A DNA stretch of 64,000 nucleotides from Rebecca billardiae RCC1528 (Eukaryota; Protista; Haptophyta): NCBI GenBank assembly GCA_965240325.2, contig OZ251243.1, positions 1,302,001 through 1,366,000 of the forward strand, in the 5' to 3' direction. This document shows, piece by piece, positions 36,020 to 48,805 of this stretch; the stretch's first letter is position 1; each line of letters starts with the position of its first letter. Made by a program: the position numbers and the translations under genes. A model generated the notes under the pieces. It had not been told where the DNA came from, ran no database searches, and worked only from the letters and a program-made list of their open reading frames with translations.

Positions 36020-39000
36020 GTCTTTGAGGCCGGATTTCTCGTCGCTTGGAATACCAGCGATCTTTTTTCCGACGCCACCCGACGACCGTTGGTCGCGGCG
36101 GCGCGCGAATTCAGCATGGCCTCTCCCCACGCGGGGACGAGTCTGCATCCCGCGGCGCAGATGGGCGCGAGCCCGCGTCGGACGGGGCGGTCGTGCGCCT
36201 GGGGGTACGCACGTGGAGGGCCGTATCCGCCCCGGCGCCTCGCACCAGCCCAAGGCGGCCTTACTCGTCGTCTCATTCGTCGTCCGACCTGCGGCTCCGG
36301 CTAGCCGCGCAGTGGGCTCTCCAACAGCTGCGCCCGGCGGTTCGGGCGGGGGATCCGCGATGCTGGGCGTCCACAGGCGAGCCGTCGACGCATCGTGAGC
36401 GTCGTCTCGTCGGCAGCCGTCGCCCGAGCCCGCGCCCGCCGCCGCCATGTGGAGTCTCAGTCGCTGCTGCCTGCAGGTATAGTGTCCAGCTGACCAGTCG
36501 GCAGCTGCCGCTGGCTTCTGCCTTTCTGGCTGGCTAGGTGCTGTTGCGCCAAGCGTGGCGCAGCACGGCATGGCTGTGCGCGGGCAGTCGGGCCACTCGG
36601 ACGGCCGAACTGGTGGGTGAACGGGCCACGCCCGCGAGGGCATCCCAGCGTGCAGCAAGGGCGGCCCAGTCAGGGCGGGAGCGCGGCCGCGCCGAGCGGC
36701 GCGTCACGGCTGCCGATTGCGCGGCTCTTGCGCGGTGGGACGTGTGTGTGAGCCCCGCCGCGCACGCTCCTGCGGCGCCGAGGCTGCCGCTCCGCGCCCG
36801 CGCAGATCGCGCGGCGCGCGCGGCGCCGCCTGCCGGGTGCTGCTGCAGTGGCAGCTACCGCCGAGCGCTGCTGGCTGGGCCGCGCCGGAGAGGCGGGCCG
36901 CGCGGCCGGGCGCTGCGGATGTGGAGCGCAGCAGCCGGCCCAGCGCCTCGCATCGGTCGATGCTGCCCCCGCCCCGGCCCCCCATCTTACCCTCCGTCAA
37001 GCCTGCGCCTGGTGGGCCGCGTAGTGAGGGCGCCAAGCATCAGGGCGCTCCTCATCGCGCGCGAGCGCCAGCTCATCTGCGCACGGCCGTCCCACTGCGG
37101 TGCGGCCGGGCGCGCGCGCGCCTCACGTCGAAGGTGCGGGCGCGCCTTGCCGCGGCGGCCGAGACGAGCACTGTCGAAGCACTGTCGAGCGCGATCATCG
37201 CGGCGGCGAGCAGCTGCCGTGGCTGGCGCAACGCACCGGCCCAGCCCGCCCCCGCCCCCGCGCCCCCATCCTCAACCTCGTCCGAGCTGCCTCTGGTGCG
37301 CGCCATCACGGCCGCGCTGCGCACGCCCGCACACGCGCCTCGCTTCGAGGGAGCGGCCGTCCCTTGCCGTGGTGCGTGGCGGTCGAGACGAGCGCACATT
37401 CCGGCGCCCATGATCACCGCGGGTCGGCGGTGGCGAGCAGGAGTCGCGCAGCCTTTATTTTCAACAGCCAAGCGCGCGCCGCGGCCGAGCTCTGCGCGCA
37501 GACTTGGCAGCTGTTCACGCGTGGCTGGCGGGCACCACGCACTGCGCGGCGTCGTGCGTGCGAGTGGCGGAGACGCGAGTGCATCCCCCCAGCAAGCGCG
37601 CTCGGCCGCTCGGCCGTGGGCTCGCGCGGCCGCGCGCAGCCGGCAGCGTTTGCTTTCAGCGCGGGCCGAGCGAGCGGGCAGTGCGCTCGCGTCGGGGGCG
37701 CAGTCGCAAGGGCCACGGGTGGGGCGGTGCGAGCCGGAGGGGGTGCACCGAGCGCATGGTGCTCGGCGGCGCGTGGCCCCTCTCGCGCACCGCTGAGTCG
37801 CGCTGAGTCGGCGTGCGTGCGCGCCGGACAGCACGACGTCCGCCTTGAGCCCTTGAGTCTTGACCCGAGGCGGAACGAGGGCCGCCATGCTTGCCGAGGG
37901 CTGTTTTTTTTGGGGCGTGGGTCGCCGGGCGGTGCTTTTTTCCCTCGCGCCTCCCGAATTCCGTCGCTTGTTCGCGAATCAGCATGGCAGCCCGAGTTCT
38001 CCGCGGGGTGGGTCTCGCTTTGCAGACGGGCGCAACGGCGGGAGGTGCCGGCGGGTCAGCCACGCGCGCACGCGCGTATGCGTGCTCCTCGTCCGCTACG
38101 CGCGCGTGCGCGCTCACTGCCTCGGCGCAGGCGTAGCTGCGCGCCGCGTGGCGGCTCGCGACCGCCGGGCGTCGCGGCTCGGGCCGCAGCGGCCTGGCAG
38201 GCGAGGCTCGCGCCGACGAGCAGCAGCCCGCGCACTGCGGTTTCGCGCGGGGTGCGTGCTGCGCGCTTGGACCGTCCTCTTGCCCGCGACTGCACGCACG
38301 CTCTGCGACGCGCATGCCGCTGCGCGGCGTGGCGGCTCTCCGAGGCTGCGTTGGGCGTCGGACGGCGGCGCGGCCGCGCGCCGGGGGCGACGCGCGCATG
38401 GCACCCCACTGCCGTCCGAGCGCCTCGCACCGTTTGAAGCTGGCCCCGCCCCGGCCCCCCATCTTAGTCTTCGTTCAAACTTCACCTGGTGCGCGCAGGG
38501 GGCCGCAGCCAGGCCAGGTTGCTCATCGCGCGCGCGCGCCGCCCAGCCCACGCGCGCACTGCAGTGCAGCCGGTCGCGCGCGCGCGCGCCTCGCGCGGAA
38601 GGGGCGGGCGCGCCTTGCCATGGCGCGAGCGCGTGGCGGTCGAGACGCGCACACTCGAGCGCGGGCAGCGCGTGTCGGCGCTGGCGCCAGCACTGGCACG
38701 GGCATTGCCCTGGGCCGCCGCGCGCGCAGGTCGCCCTCTCGTGCGGCTCCTAGGTCGGCGGGCTGGGGGGCCGCCAAGGGGAGCGACGCGCTGCGCGACG
38801 TCGTGCGAGGGATGGACTCTCCACCCACCTCGTCGCGCGCTCGACCGCCCCTCCGTGCGCGGCGGGCGCGTGGCCGCACCCAGCCGGCAGCGCGCGCGCG
38901 GCCGGGCCGGGCCGGGCCGAGGGGCCGGCGGCGCGCTCGCGCCAGGGGCGCAGACGCAAAGGCTACGGGTGGGGCGGTGCGAGCCAGCGGGGGCACGCTG

Positions 39001-39159
39001 GGCGTACGCTGCGCAGCGGCGCGTGGCGCCGCTCGCGCACCACTGCGCCGGCGGGGACGTGCGCGCCTTGACCGTCCGCCTTGACTCCGCCGGCGGGGAC
39101 GGGGCGCCGCCATGCTTGCGGCCGAGGGTCTTGATGGCCTTGTGTTTTTCCGCGCTCGC

Positions 39160-39336
39160 TGTACGCCCAAAAAAAACCCGGCGGATGTTCAACTTCCCCC
39201 CGGCACCACCAATCAAACAAGGCGCCCGGACTTCGCCAAAACCGGCGGCCTGTACGCCCCAAAAACCCGGATGTTCAACGTCCTCCCGGCACCACCAATC
39301 AAACAAGGCGCCCGGACTTCGCCAAAACAGGCGGCC
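39160..39336. repeat. A-rich ~90-bp tandem duplication
   Basis: tgtacgccc..ggatgttcaac..cccggcaccaccaatcaaacaaggcgcccggacttcgccaaaac.ggcggcc at 39160 and 39251. Confidence 0.9.
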
Positions 39337-40834
39337 GATAAATTTCACAGAAAAAACCTGAAAAAAGCCTTGCGCGCGGTGCCGACTGACTTGCGGCCGC
39401 CTGCGCCATCCACGATGCCGTCGACACCACTTCCATCGTCCCGCTGGGTCTTGGGCTCCCTTTGCAGACAGACGGGCGCAACGGCGGAGGGTGTCGGCGG
39501 GTCGGCAAGGCGCGCACGTGCAGGTGCGCGCTCCTCGCCCTCCACGCGCACGTGCGCGCTCGCTGCCTCCGCGCAGGACCAGCTGCGCGCCGCGTGACGG
39601 CTCGCGGCCGCCGGGCGTCGCGGCTCGGGCGGCAGCGGCCTGACAGGCGAGGCTCGTGCCGACGAGCCGCAGCCTGCACACCGCGGTCTCGCGCGGGGTG
39701 CGTGCTACGCGCGTGGGTTGCCCTCCCGCTCGCCGGCCGCACGCACGCTCTGCACCGCGCATGCCGTTGCGGTGAGCGGCGGCTCTCAGAGGCTGCGGCG
39801 GGCGTCGGACGGCGGCGCGGCCGTGCGCAGGGCGTCCTACTGCCGACCCAGCGCCTCGCACAGGTCGAGGCTGCCCCCGCCCCGGCCCCCCCATCTCACC
39901 CTCCGTCCATCCTGCGCCTGGTGGGCCGCGTAGTGAGCGGCAAGCATCAGGGCGCTCCTCATTGTGTGTGAGCGCCAGCTCATCTGCGCACGGCCGTCCC
40001 ACGGCGGTGCGGCTGGGCGCGCGCCTCGCGTCGACGGAGCGGGCGCGCCTTGCCGCGGCGGCCGAGACGAGCACTGTCGAAGCACTGTCGAGCGCGATCA
40101 TCGCGGCGGCGAGCAGCGGTCGTGGCTGGCGTAACACACCGGCCCAGCCCGCCCCCGCCCCCGCGCCCCCATCCTCCACCCGCGCGCGCCATCACGGCCG
40201 CGCCGCGCACGCGGCTGGGTGCCGCCGCTCGCGCGCGCGCCTCGCTTCGAGGGCGAGCGGCCGTCCCTTGCCATGGCGCGTGGCGGTCGAGGCGAGCGCC
40301 CACTCTGGCGCGATCACCGCCGGTCGGCGGTGGCGGGCAGGAGTCGCGCAGCCTTTACGTCGAGTAGCCAATCGCGTGCCCAGCGCTGCGCGCACACCTG
40401 ATGGCGGCGGCAGTTCGCGCGTTGCTGGCTGGCATCGTGCACTGCGCGGCGTCGCGCGCGCGATTGACGGAGACGCGGACGCATCCTCCCGGCACGCGCG
40501 CTCGACCGCTCGGCCGCGCGCTCGCGCGGCCGCGCGCGGCCGCCGCAGCGCGGCCGCGCAGTGTTTGCGTGGCAGCGCGGCCGAGCCGAGGGGCGGCGGT
40601 GCGCCAGCGCCGCCGCGATGGCCGCGCGTGGGCGCGCGTGGGGCGCGGTGAGCTGGCCGATGCGCACTCTGGGCGCGTGCCCCCACGGCGCGCAGATCCA
40701 CTCGCGCACCACTGCGCCGGCGCGCGCGACAAGCCGCCCTCCGGCGGACGGCGGGGATGGAGCGCAGCGATGCTGGCTTCCGGGTCCCGATCCACCCGTC
40801 CCAGAAAGCCCGTGAGCCCGTCCCGGCTCAGCGG

Positions 40835-40864
40835 GCTCATGACCGTCCATGGACGGTCATGAGC
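40835..40864. repeat. Perfect 30-bp palindrome
   Basis: gctcatgaccgtcca|tggacggtcatgagc. Confidence 0.95.
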
Positions 40865-43800
40865 TCCCGGACACAGTGCGCGCAGGTGCGCCTCGAGGCG
40901 AGATGAGCACCAGGGCCCGTCACAGCGCCCGTCGCGCGCGCTTGACTGCGGCGGCTGAGATGGCTGGAGCGGCGGCGCGTTGCGCTCATCCTCAGTGCAC
41001 ACGTGTAAGCGACCTTCGGCGCAGCAGACATGTGCCGCCTTGGGCCCTCCTCCGCCTGCTAGCGCGGCTCGACTGCAACGGTCGCCAAAGCCAAGCATTG
41101 CCTACTGAGTCCGCTTCTGCCCGCGACACGCGCTCGAATGGCGCCTTGAGCGCGCGCGCATTGGAAACATATACACTGGCCCTCTCTCCAGACAGCGCGC
41201 GCCTGGCTCCTGCAGCCTACTCTGTGCGATGAAGCGGTGGCGTAGGCGCCTGCCGGCCTGTTGTTGAAACGCACCCGCTCGGCTAGTGAGAATGGGCGCA
41301 GAAGACGCCGGGGAGCCGAGACATGAGCGCCGGAAGGGTTTCTGAGGTACTACCAGACCAGCCCACCTGACGCGCCGTCGCACAGCCCTCGCCTACGCGC
41401 ACGCGCACGACCAGAGCGAAGCTGCCCGCGCGGCGGACGGCCATTTCTTTTCAAATGTTTTCGCTGAGTCAGCGGCCGGCCCCCGACGGAGCTTGACGTA
41501 CTGGGCTGGGACGGGTGGGCTGGAGATGAGGAAATCCGGGAATCCCGGCAGCATGGCGACGCGCGAGTCAGCATGGCGAGTCAGCATGGCGGATGCAGTC
41601 TGCATCCCGCGGCGCCGATGGGCGCTAGCCGCGTCGGACGGGGCCGCCGCGCGCCGGCGAGTACGCGCGTTCCGCGCCGTATCTGCCGCTGCGCCTCGCT
41701 CCAGCCCAAGGCGGCCCCCGCCCCCGCCCCCCGTCTGCCACTCGTCGTCCGGCCTGCCTCGCGCCGCGCGCCGCGCGGGCCGTCCGACAGCCGCGCAGGG
41801 CGGTCTGGGCGGGCAGGCGGCGATGGCGGGCGTCTCTCGGCGGGCCTTGGCTGCGGCGGGCGCATCGTCTAGTCAAGCAGCAGTCGCCCGCGCCCGCGCC
41901 CGCCGCCGCCGTTTGTACTCCTCGATCTGATTGTGCCGCCGCGCACTGGAGTGTTGCTGCGGGCGTGGAGCGCCGCAGCCGGCCCAGCGCCTCGCGCCGG
42001 TCGAAGCGGCCCCCGCCCCGGCCCCCCATCTTACCCTCCGTCAAGCCTGCGCCTGGTGCGCGTAGTGAGCGGTGAACGTGTGCGGCGCGCCCAGCGCGCG
42101 CGAGCTGGATGGCTAACGCCAACCGACTGGTGGTTGCCCCCGCCGCGCATGCCAAGCACACGCAGCAGGGCACGCGGCGGGCGCGGCCGAGCAATGTGTG
42201 CCAGGAGGCCGCGTCGACGCGCGGGCGCTGGGGGCGTCGGCTGAAGGCGCGCCCCGAAGCAAGCGGTGGTGCAGTGCCGCTCCATACCACCGGTAGACCG
42301 GGGCGTGGGGCGCGGCGCCCGGCCCCTCATGGGCGCGCCCCGGCGTGTACATCTTGCCCGGCGTCAGGACTAGAACTGCCACTCGGACGGCGCGGCCGAT
42401 CTCTGCGCCGACGAGCGGGCGCTGGGGGCGTGGGCTGAGGGCACGCGCAGAAGCACTGTGGACGTTCACGTCGGCCGATGCCCCGCGTACCGCCTCTGGG
42501 TCCGTCGCTGAGTGCCACTTGACTGGCTCGGCCCGCCGTGTGCCACTGACTGGCTCGGCACCCGCGGGCGCGGCTCCAACCAGCCGCGAAGCGCACGCTG
42601 TAGCGGCCCACTAGGCCGGTAATTGGGAGTGCCCTCGCGGTTGCGGCTCGCCCGGGGGTCACTGCGGCCGGCCACGTCGGCCGACGCCCCGCGTACTGGC
42701 TCTGGGGCTGTCGCTGAGGGCCTCAGTACGCGCTCGGCCGTGCCGTGTGCCACTGGCCGTCGTGGCTCCAGTCGTTGGCCGCCGAGCTCACGAGTCACGC
42801 TGTGGCGGCGCACCGGGGCGGTAGTTGGGAGTGCCCTTGCGGTTTCAGCTCGCCCAGGGTCCACTGCGGCCGTCCACGTCGGCAAATGCCACGCACACAC
42901 GCACACAGCCTCTGGGTCCGTCGCTGAGTGCTACCGTTCCCGCTAGGCCGCCCAGCTTATTGCAGTGTGCCACACTGACGGACTGTGTCAGCGCCGCCCG
43001 CCAGCCGCGACGCAGGCTCGTCTGCTGGGTCAAGCGACCCTGATGCTCTCGGGCCTGAACTGCGCGCGTTCCAATGAACGGCCCGACCGACCTGCTGGAG
43101 GATCAGCCAGCGTCTGTTCGAGAGCTACGCTCTCGGTTGACCGCCCCCTGAGGCGCGCCCTGCTTGGCCGGCCGGACTGCGCAGCTGGCACGTGCGCTGG
43201 CCAGGACCTTACTGCTCAGAAAGTATGTGCTGGCTCCGGGTCAAGCGACTCCGCCCTCGGCCTCGAACAGCGCGTTCCGATCGGCCAGACCTGTCTGAGA
43301 CTGGACGATCAGCTAAAGTCTGTCCGACGAGAGCCCCCAGCATAGGTTGACCTCAGTCTGGGGAGCGCTCTGTGGCGCTGGGTGCCGCAGCGCGCACGGC
43401 AGGCGGGCCGGCCGTGCGGCTATCCGAGATTGTGGGTATGCCTACCCAGCGCCCCGCACCGGTCGAAGCTGCCTTCGCCCCGGCCCCCCATCGTCCACCT
43501 CGTCCTATCTGACTCCGGTGAGCAGCAGCTGCTGAATGCCCAGCATACGCCCTTGCTGCCCGTGCGCAGGAGGCGGAGCCGTGCGGTGCGCGGTGGCTGG
43601 CGGCCGGCTGGCGTCACGCTCGACGTACGTGAGGCGAGTCGGCGGGCAGCCTGCGCACCACGGGCTGGCGCGGGGCGCTGGCGTGCTACACCGAGATGGG
43701 CCGACACATGCGCGCCCACGCCCGCGCTGCCCGAAGCACCGGCCGGATGCACCGCTGGTGCGTTGCCACACTCGGAGGCAGCAGCTGCCGGCGGTCCGGT

Positions 43801-45458
43801 GCGGGATGCCATCACGTGCGCGCGCGCGTGCTCGGCGCGGCGCCAGTGGCGGGCGGGCGGAGGGCGCAGGAGTGCGCGATGGAGTGGCTGCGCTGCTCCC
43901 GCGCCACTGCGCGGGGCCACGTGCGCGCGCTCGCGCGCAGCGCGCTCTCTCCTCGCCAGCGTGCGCACTGCTCGATCGGCGTGCGGTCGTGCCCGAGGTG
44001 CAGCGCTTGCGTTGGGCGCGGTGGCGCGGGCGGGTGCGCACCTGGCGCCGCGTGCGGTATGCGTGCGCGGAGGCCCTCGTGCCCGCGCGACGGCGCGCGC
44101 GGTCGACCTGGCATCGCGGGGAGAGGCGATGGCTCCTGACGATGCAGTCTCGCTGCGAGGCGGCGGGCGCCGCCATCGTCCTGCTCTGATGCGCCCTTTT
44201 TCCAGGCCGAGCATTTCGCGACGCTCCGCTGCGTTTTGTTTTTGGTTTTCTTTCTCGCCGGCGCGGTGCCTCCGCTGTCCACGATGGCCGACCGGCCTTT
44301 CCGCACGGGCGCACGAGCACGTCGCCTCGCCGCGGCGACGGGCGCGGCAAGAGGGCGCGAGGGCGCGCTGCGCGGCGGGCACGCGGCGTGCAACGCGTAT
44401 GCGTCGTGTCCAGCTCACCGCGAGGCGGCTCGCACGCTGCCGTTGCGAAGGCGCGGCCGCGGCGACGGCTCGCGGTCGGCGTTGCGCTCGCGTGATGCGG
44501 CCGCGCGTGAAGCGGGCTGGCGCGCGGCCGGCGCCCCGCGGGCTGGCGGGGAGCGCCGGGTAACACCCACCTGACCCGCGTCGCGCACGCGCGCGCGCGC
44601 GCTGCCCACCGCGCCGGCCAGGGGCGCCGTGGGAATGTTGCCACGCGCGACGGCCCGGGGGACGGTCGGGACTGGCCGCCCGCCAGTCGCGCGCGCGCGC
44701 GCGCGCCCGGCGCGCGGCGCGCGAGCGGAGTGCGCGTGCGTGCGCGAATGGCCGATGGCGCTGCGCCCGCGCCACTGCGCGGGGCTGCGCGCGCGTACCC
44801 GCGCGCGGCCTGCTCCCTTGTGGACGGCGTGTGCGCGCACGGCTCTGCATGCGGCCGCGACCGCCGTGGCGCGGCGCCCGCTGCCCGGGGACGGTGGCGC
44901 GGGCGGGTGCGCGCCGGGCGCCGGGTGACGCGTCTGCGCTGCGGCGCGCGCCTCCTCGGCCCGTGCGCGACCGCGCGCGCCTGCCGTTGCGCGAGCGGGC
45001 GCGGGCGGAGTGGCGAAGGCGCCGCTCGCGCCCGGAGGCGATGCCGCCATCGCTCTTTCCACCGGGCTGGCGGCCAGCCGCTGACGAAACGAATCGAAAC
45101 GAATCCGTGTGGTCGTCTGGGCTTTCTTTTCGCGGAGCAGCCAGCATGGCTGCCGAGGCGGCGGATGGCACGTTGCTTTTTGTCGTTGGCGCTCACGGCA
45201 CGCTCGCGGCGGCGCGGCGGCGTGCGGCGCGAGCGCGTGCTCGCACAGCTGGCGAGTCGCGCGCGGCACCGCTGCTCGAGACAGCGAGTGCCATCGCCGC
45301 GCAGCAGCGTCGCGTCAAAGAGCGCCGCAGCCAAGCGCGCGGCCCGCTGAGTGTAACGGCTTCCTGCCCGCCGCCGGCGCGCGCCGACTGCGAGCACGCA
45401 GGGCTCGGCGCGTGCGCGCCCTCCGGTGCCAGACGCGAAGGCACGCGTCTTGGAGGCA

Positions 45459-46894
45459 TACGTCACACGGCCAGCCCCTGTGCCACCGCGTCAGCGTGAG
45501 ACTCAGCGCCAGTGTCCGGCCGGCAGCCCGGCCGTTCTCAACGTGCAGTCGGACGGCCTCGGGGGATGGCGGTTGGGCAGCGGACGAGCGACGACGGGCG
45601 CCTACTGGCGAGCCTTGGCGGCGTCGTGCGCGTCGTCAAGCCAAGCAGCCATCGCCCGCGCCCGCGCCCGCCGCCGCCATTTGTAGAAGTCTCAGTGGCC
45701 ATGCACCCTGCGCACGGCGTGCCGACCACGCGGCAGCTGCAAGTCTGGCTGGCGAGGCGCGATGAACCGCTGCGCAGCACGCGGCGTTCAAGCCGAGCGC
45801 GAGGCGTGGGACCTCCCGGGCTACCCGCACGAGGGCGCACACGACGACCCCGAGCCAGCCTCGGGCTGCGGCTGCAGCGCCGAGGCTAGTGCGTCCGGAG
45901 CTGTGCCGGCTGCGCCGAGCGCGCGATGCCGGGCGCGCCCGCGTCCAGAGTGCGGCTCGGCTGGGCTCGTCTGACCTCTGCGAAGCACGCGGCGCCGCGG
46001 CCGAGGTCGAGGCGTGGCATCCAGCGACTATGCCCGCGCGGGCCCGCACGGGCTGCCCGTGCCCCAGGCTCGGGCTGTCGCGGCCGTACCGATTAGCTGG
46101 GCCTGGGGCAGCGCGCGCTGCCGTCGCTGGCCCACCCATCGCGCGCCCGCGTGGGCGCGACGGCAGCGCGTGGGGCGGTGCGAGCCAGTCGAGCGACCGC
46201 AGCGCGTGCTGCTCGGCGGCGCGTGGCGCGAGCGCGCCGCGGCCGTGGTTGGCGTCACGCACCGGCTCAGCTGCCCCCGCCCCCGCGCCCCCATCTCCCA
46301 CCTCGTCCGAGCTGCCTCTCGGGACGGTGCGCGTCTACGCGCAGCTGCTGCATGCCGCTGGTCGCGCACGCGCCTCACGTCGAAGGCGCGGCCGCCCCTT
46401 ACAGGGACGCGTGCACGTGGCGATCGAGACGAGCACACTCGAGCGTGGTCAGCGCGGGTCGGCAGTGGCGAGCAGCAGAAGAGCAGTCTCTATGTTGGAC
46501 GGCCGCGCACGCCGCCGGGCCGAGCTCTGCGCGCAGACTTGGCAGCTGTTCACTTGCTGCCGACTGGCACCGAGCACTGCACGGCGTCGTGCGATGGATG
46601 GAGACGCGAATGCACCCTCCCAGCACGCGCGCTCGACCGCTCGGCAGTGCACGCGCGCGGCCGCGCGCAGCCGGCAGCGTGTGCGTGGCAGCGCGGCCGC
46701 GAGCAAGGGGCTGGCGGTGCGCTCGCGCCGCCGCGATGGCCGCGCGTGGGCGCGCGTGGGGGCGCGGTGAGCTGGCCGATGCGCACTCTGGGCGCGTGCC
46801 CCCACGGCGCGCGGATCCACTCGCGCACCACTGCGCCGGCGCGCGCGACAAGCCGCCCTCGGGCGGACGGCGGGGATGGAGCGCCGCCATGCTG
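45459..46894. repeat. ~1.45-kb dispersed repeat, copy 2
   Basis: Direct repeat of 34557-36019. Confidence 0.9.
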
Positions 46895-48805
46895 GCTTCC
46901 GAGTCCCGATGGCTGGAAACGAGGAAATCCCGGCAGCATGGCGACGCACCTCCCTTGGCGACGCGCGAGTCGACGATCGGGCACTGCGCCGACGAATCTG
47001 GAGACCTGCGCCGTCCTACCTGTGTCGTTAATAGAATGAGTCAGCATGGCGAGTCAGCGTGGCGGATGCAGTCTGCATCCCGCGGCGCCGATGGGCGCTA
47101 GCCGCGTCGGACGGCGCCGCCGCGCGCCGGCGAGTACGTGCGTACAGCGCCGTATTCGCCGCTGCGCCTCGCTCCAGCCCAAGGCTGCCCCCGCCCCCGC
47201 CCTCGCCCCCCGTCTGCCACTCGTCGTCCGGCCTGCCTCACGCCGCGCGGGCCGTCCGACAGCCGCGCCGGGCGGTCTGGGCGGGCAGGCGGCGATGGCG
47301 GGCGTCTCTGCGCGGGCCTTGGCTGCGGCACGCGCATCGTCTAGCCAAGCAGCAGTCGCCCGCGCCCGCGCCCGCCGCCGCCGTTTCTAGTCTCAATCTG
47401 ATTTTGCCGCCGCGCACTGGAGTGTTGCTGCGGGCGTGGAGCGCCGCAGCCGGCCCAGCGCCTCGCGCCGGTCGAAGCTGCCCCCGCCCCGGCCCCCCAT
47501 CTTGCTCTTCGTCCAAGCTGCACCTGGTGCGCGTAGTGAGCGGCGACCACCAGGGCCCTCATCATCGCGCGTGAGCGCCCGCTCTCGGCGCACAGCTGCC
47601 CCGGATACACGCCCACTGCAGTGCTGCTGGTCGTGCGCGCGCCTCGCGTCGAAAGGGCGGGCGCGCCTTGCCGCGGCGCGGGCGCGTTGAGGCCGAGACG
47701 AGCACGTTCGATTCGAGCGCTCCCATTGCGCGTCGGCAGCGGTGGTGAGCAGCAGTCGCGCAGGCAACGCCCTGTCCCACCGTGCCGGGAGGCACGCCAT
47801 CGGCACTCGCGCCCGGCTGGCCGGCAGCCCGGCCTCGTGCAGTCGGGCGGCCTCGTGGCCGGCTCTGACCGCGCGGCAGCTGCTGGCCTGGCTGGTGAGG
47901 TGCGATGCATCGCGGCGCAGCACGCGGCGGTGTAGCGCGAGACCGAGCGCTAGGCGTGGATCCCAGGGGGCTGTCCGCGCGAGGGCTCACGCGACGACCG
48001 CGAGCCAGGCTCTGGCTGCGGCGCTGCAGCACCGAGGCGAATGCGTCCGGAGCCGTGCCGGCTGCGCTGAGCGCGCGCCGCATCGCGCTGCCAGGCGCTT
48101 CCGGGTCGGCGCGGCCGACGCGGCGCCGCGGCCGCTCCCGAGGTGCGGCGCCCCGCGGAGCGCCCGCGCCAGCCCGCACGGGCTGTCTCGCGCGCGCGCC
48201 GGGCGCGGGCTGTCGCGGCCGGGCCGACGCTTCGTCGGGGGCAGCGCACGCGTGGTCGCCACCGGCCGCTCACGGCGCGCCCGCCGTGGGCGCGACGGCA
48301 GCGCTGGCGGGGTAGTGCGAGCCAGCCGGGCGACCGCAGCGCATGCTGCTCGGCGGCGTGGGGCGCGCCCTGAGCGGCAGTGGCCGGCCTCACGCGCCGG
48401 CCCAGCCTGCCGCCGCGCCCGCGCCCCCGTCGCTCGCCCCATCCGAGCTGTCTGCTGTAACACGCGTGCGCGCCGTGGGCAGCAACGCGTGCGCGTGCTT
48501 GCGCGCCAGGCGCTGGTCGCGCGCGCGGCGGTGGCCCGTGCCGAGAGCTCGCAGGGCATCCGCGGCGTGACACACGCGGCGAGCGACGTGCCCGGCGCCG
48601 CGTGGCGCCGCGCGTGCCTCCGCGCCCGGGACCCATATGATGCGCCCGCCATCGTGCTCCGGACCGTCCGCACCCCGCACGGCGTGCCCGGACTGCCCAC
48701 CCTCGTGATACGGCCCTTGCTCGTGAGTTGCCCGTTTGGCACACGCCGCGCCTCCGCCGCCTCGTCGGCATACTGTACCGTGTGTACCAACCGCCTTCGA
48801 GGCCC

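Larger units (their letters stand above)
36112..48800. repeat. Gene-free mosaic of diverged, shuffled repeat modules (likely decayed TE array)
   Basis: Collinear blocks: ~36920-37750 with ~39850-40750; ~38020-38530 with ~39460-39960; ~41520-42075 with ~46910-47545; internal ~205-bp triplet at 42468/42675/42877. No ORF with a recognisable domain. Confidence 0.8.

Noticed and set aside
33720-47550. CRISPR-like repeat/spacer array
   Set aside because: Units are hundreds of bp, diverged and irregular, there are no cas genes, and the context is eukaryotic.
33700-48800. Dozens of 100-650 aa ORFs in the repeat region
   Set aside because: Frames are not conserved between repeat copies and carry no motifs.
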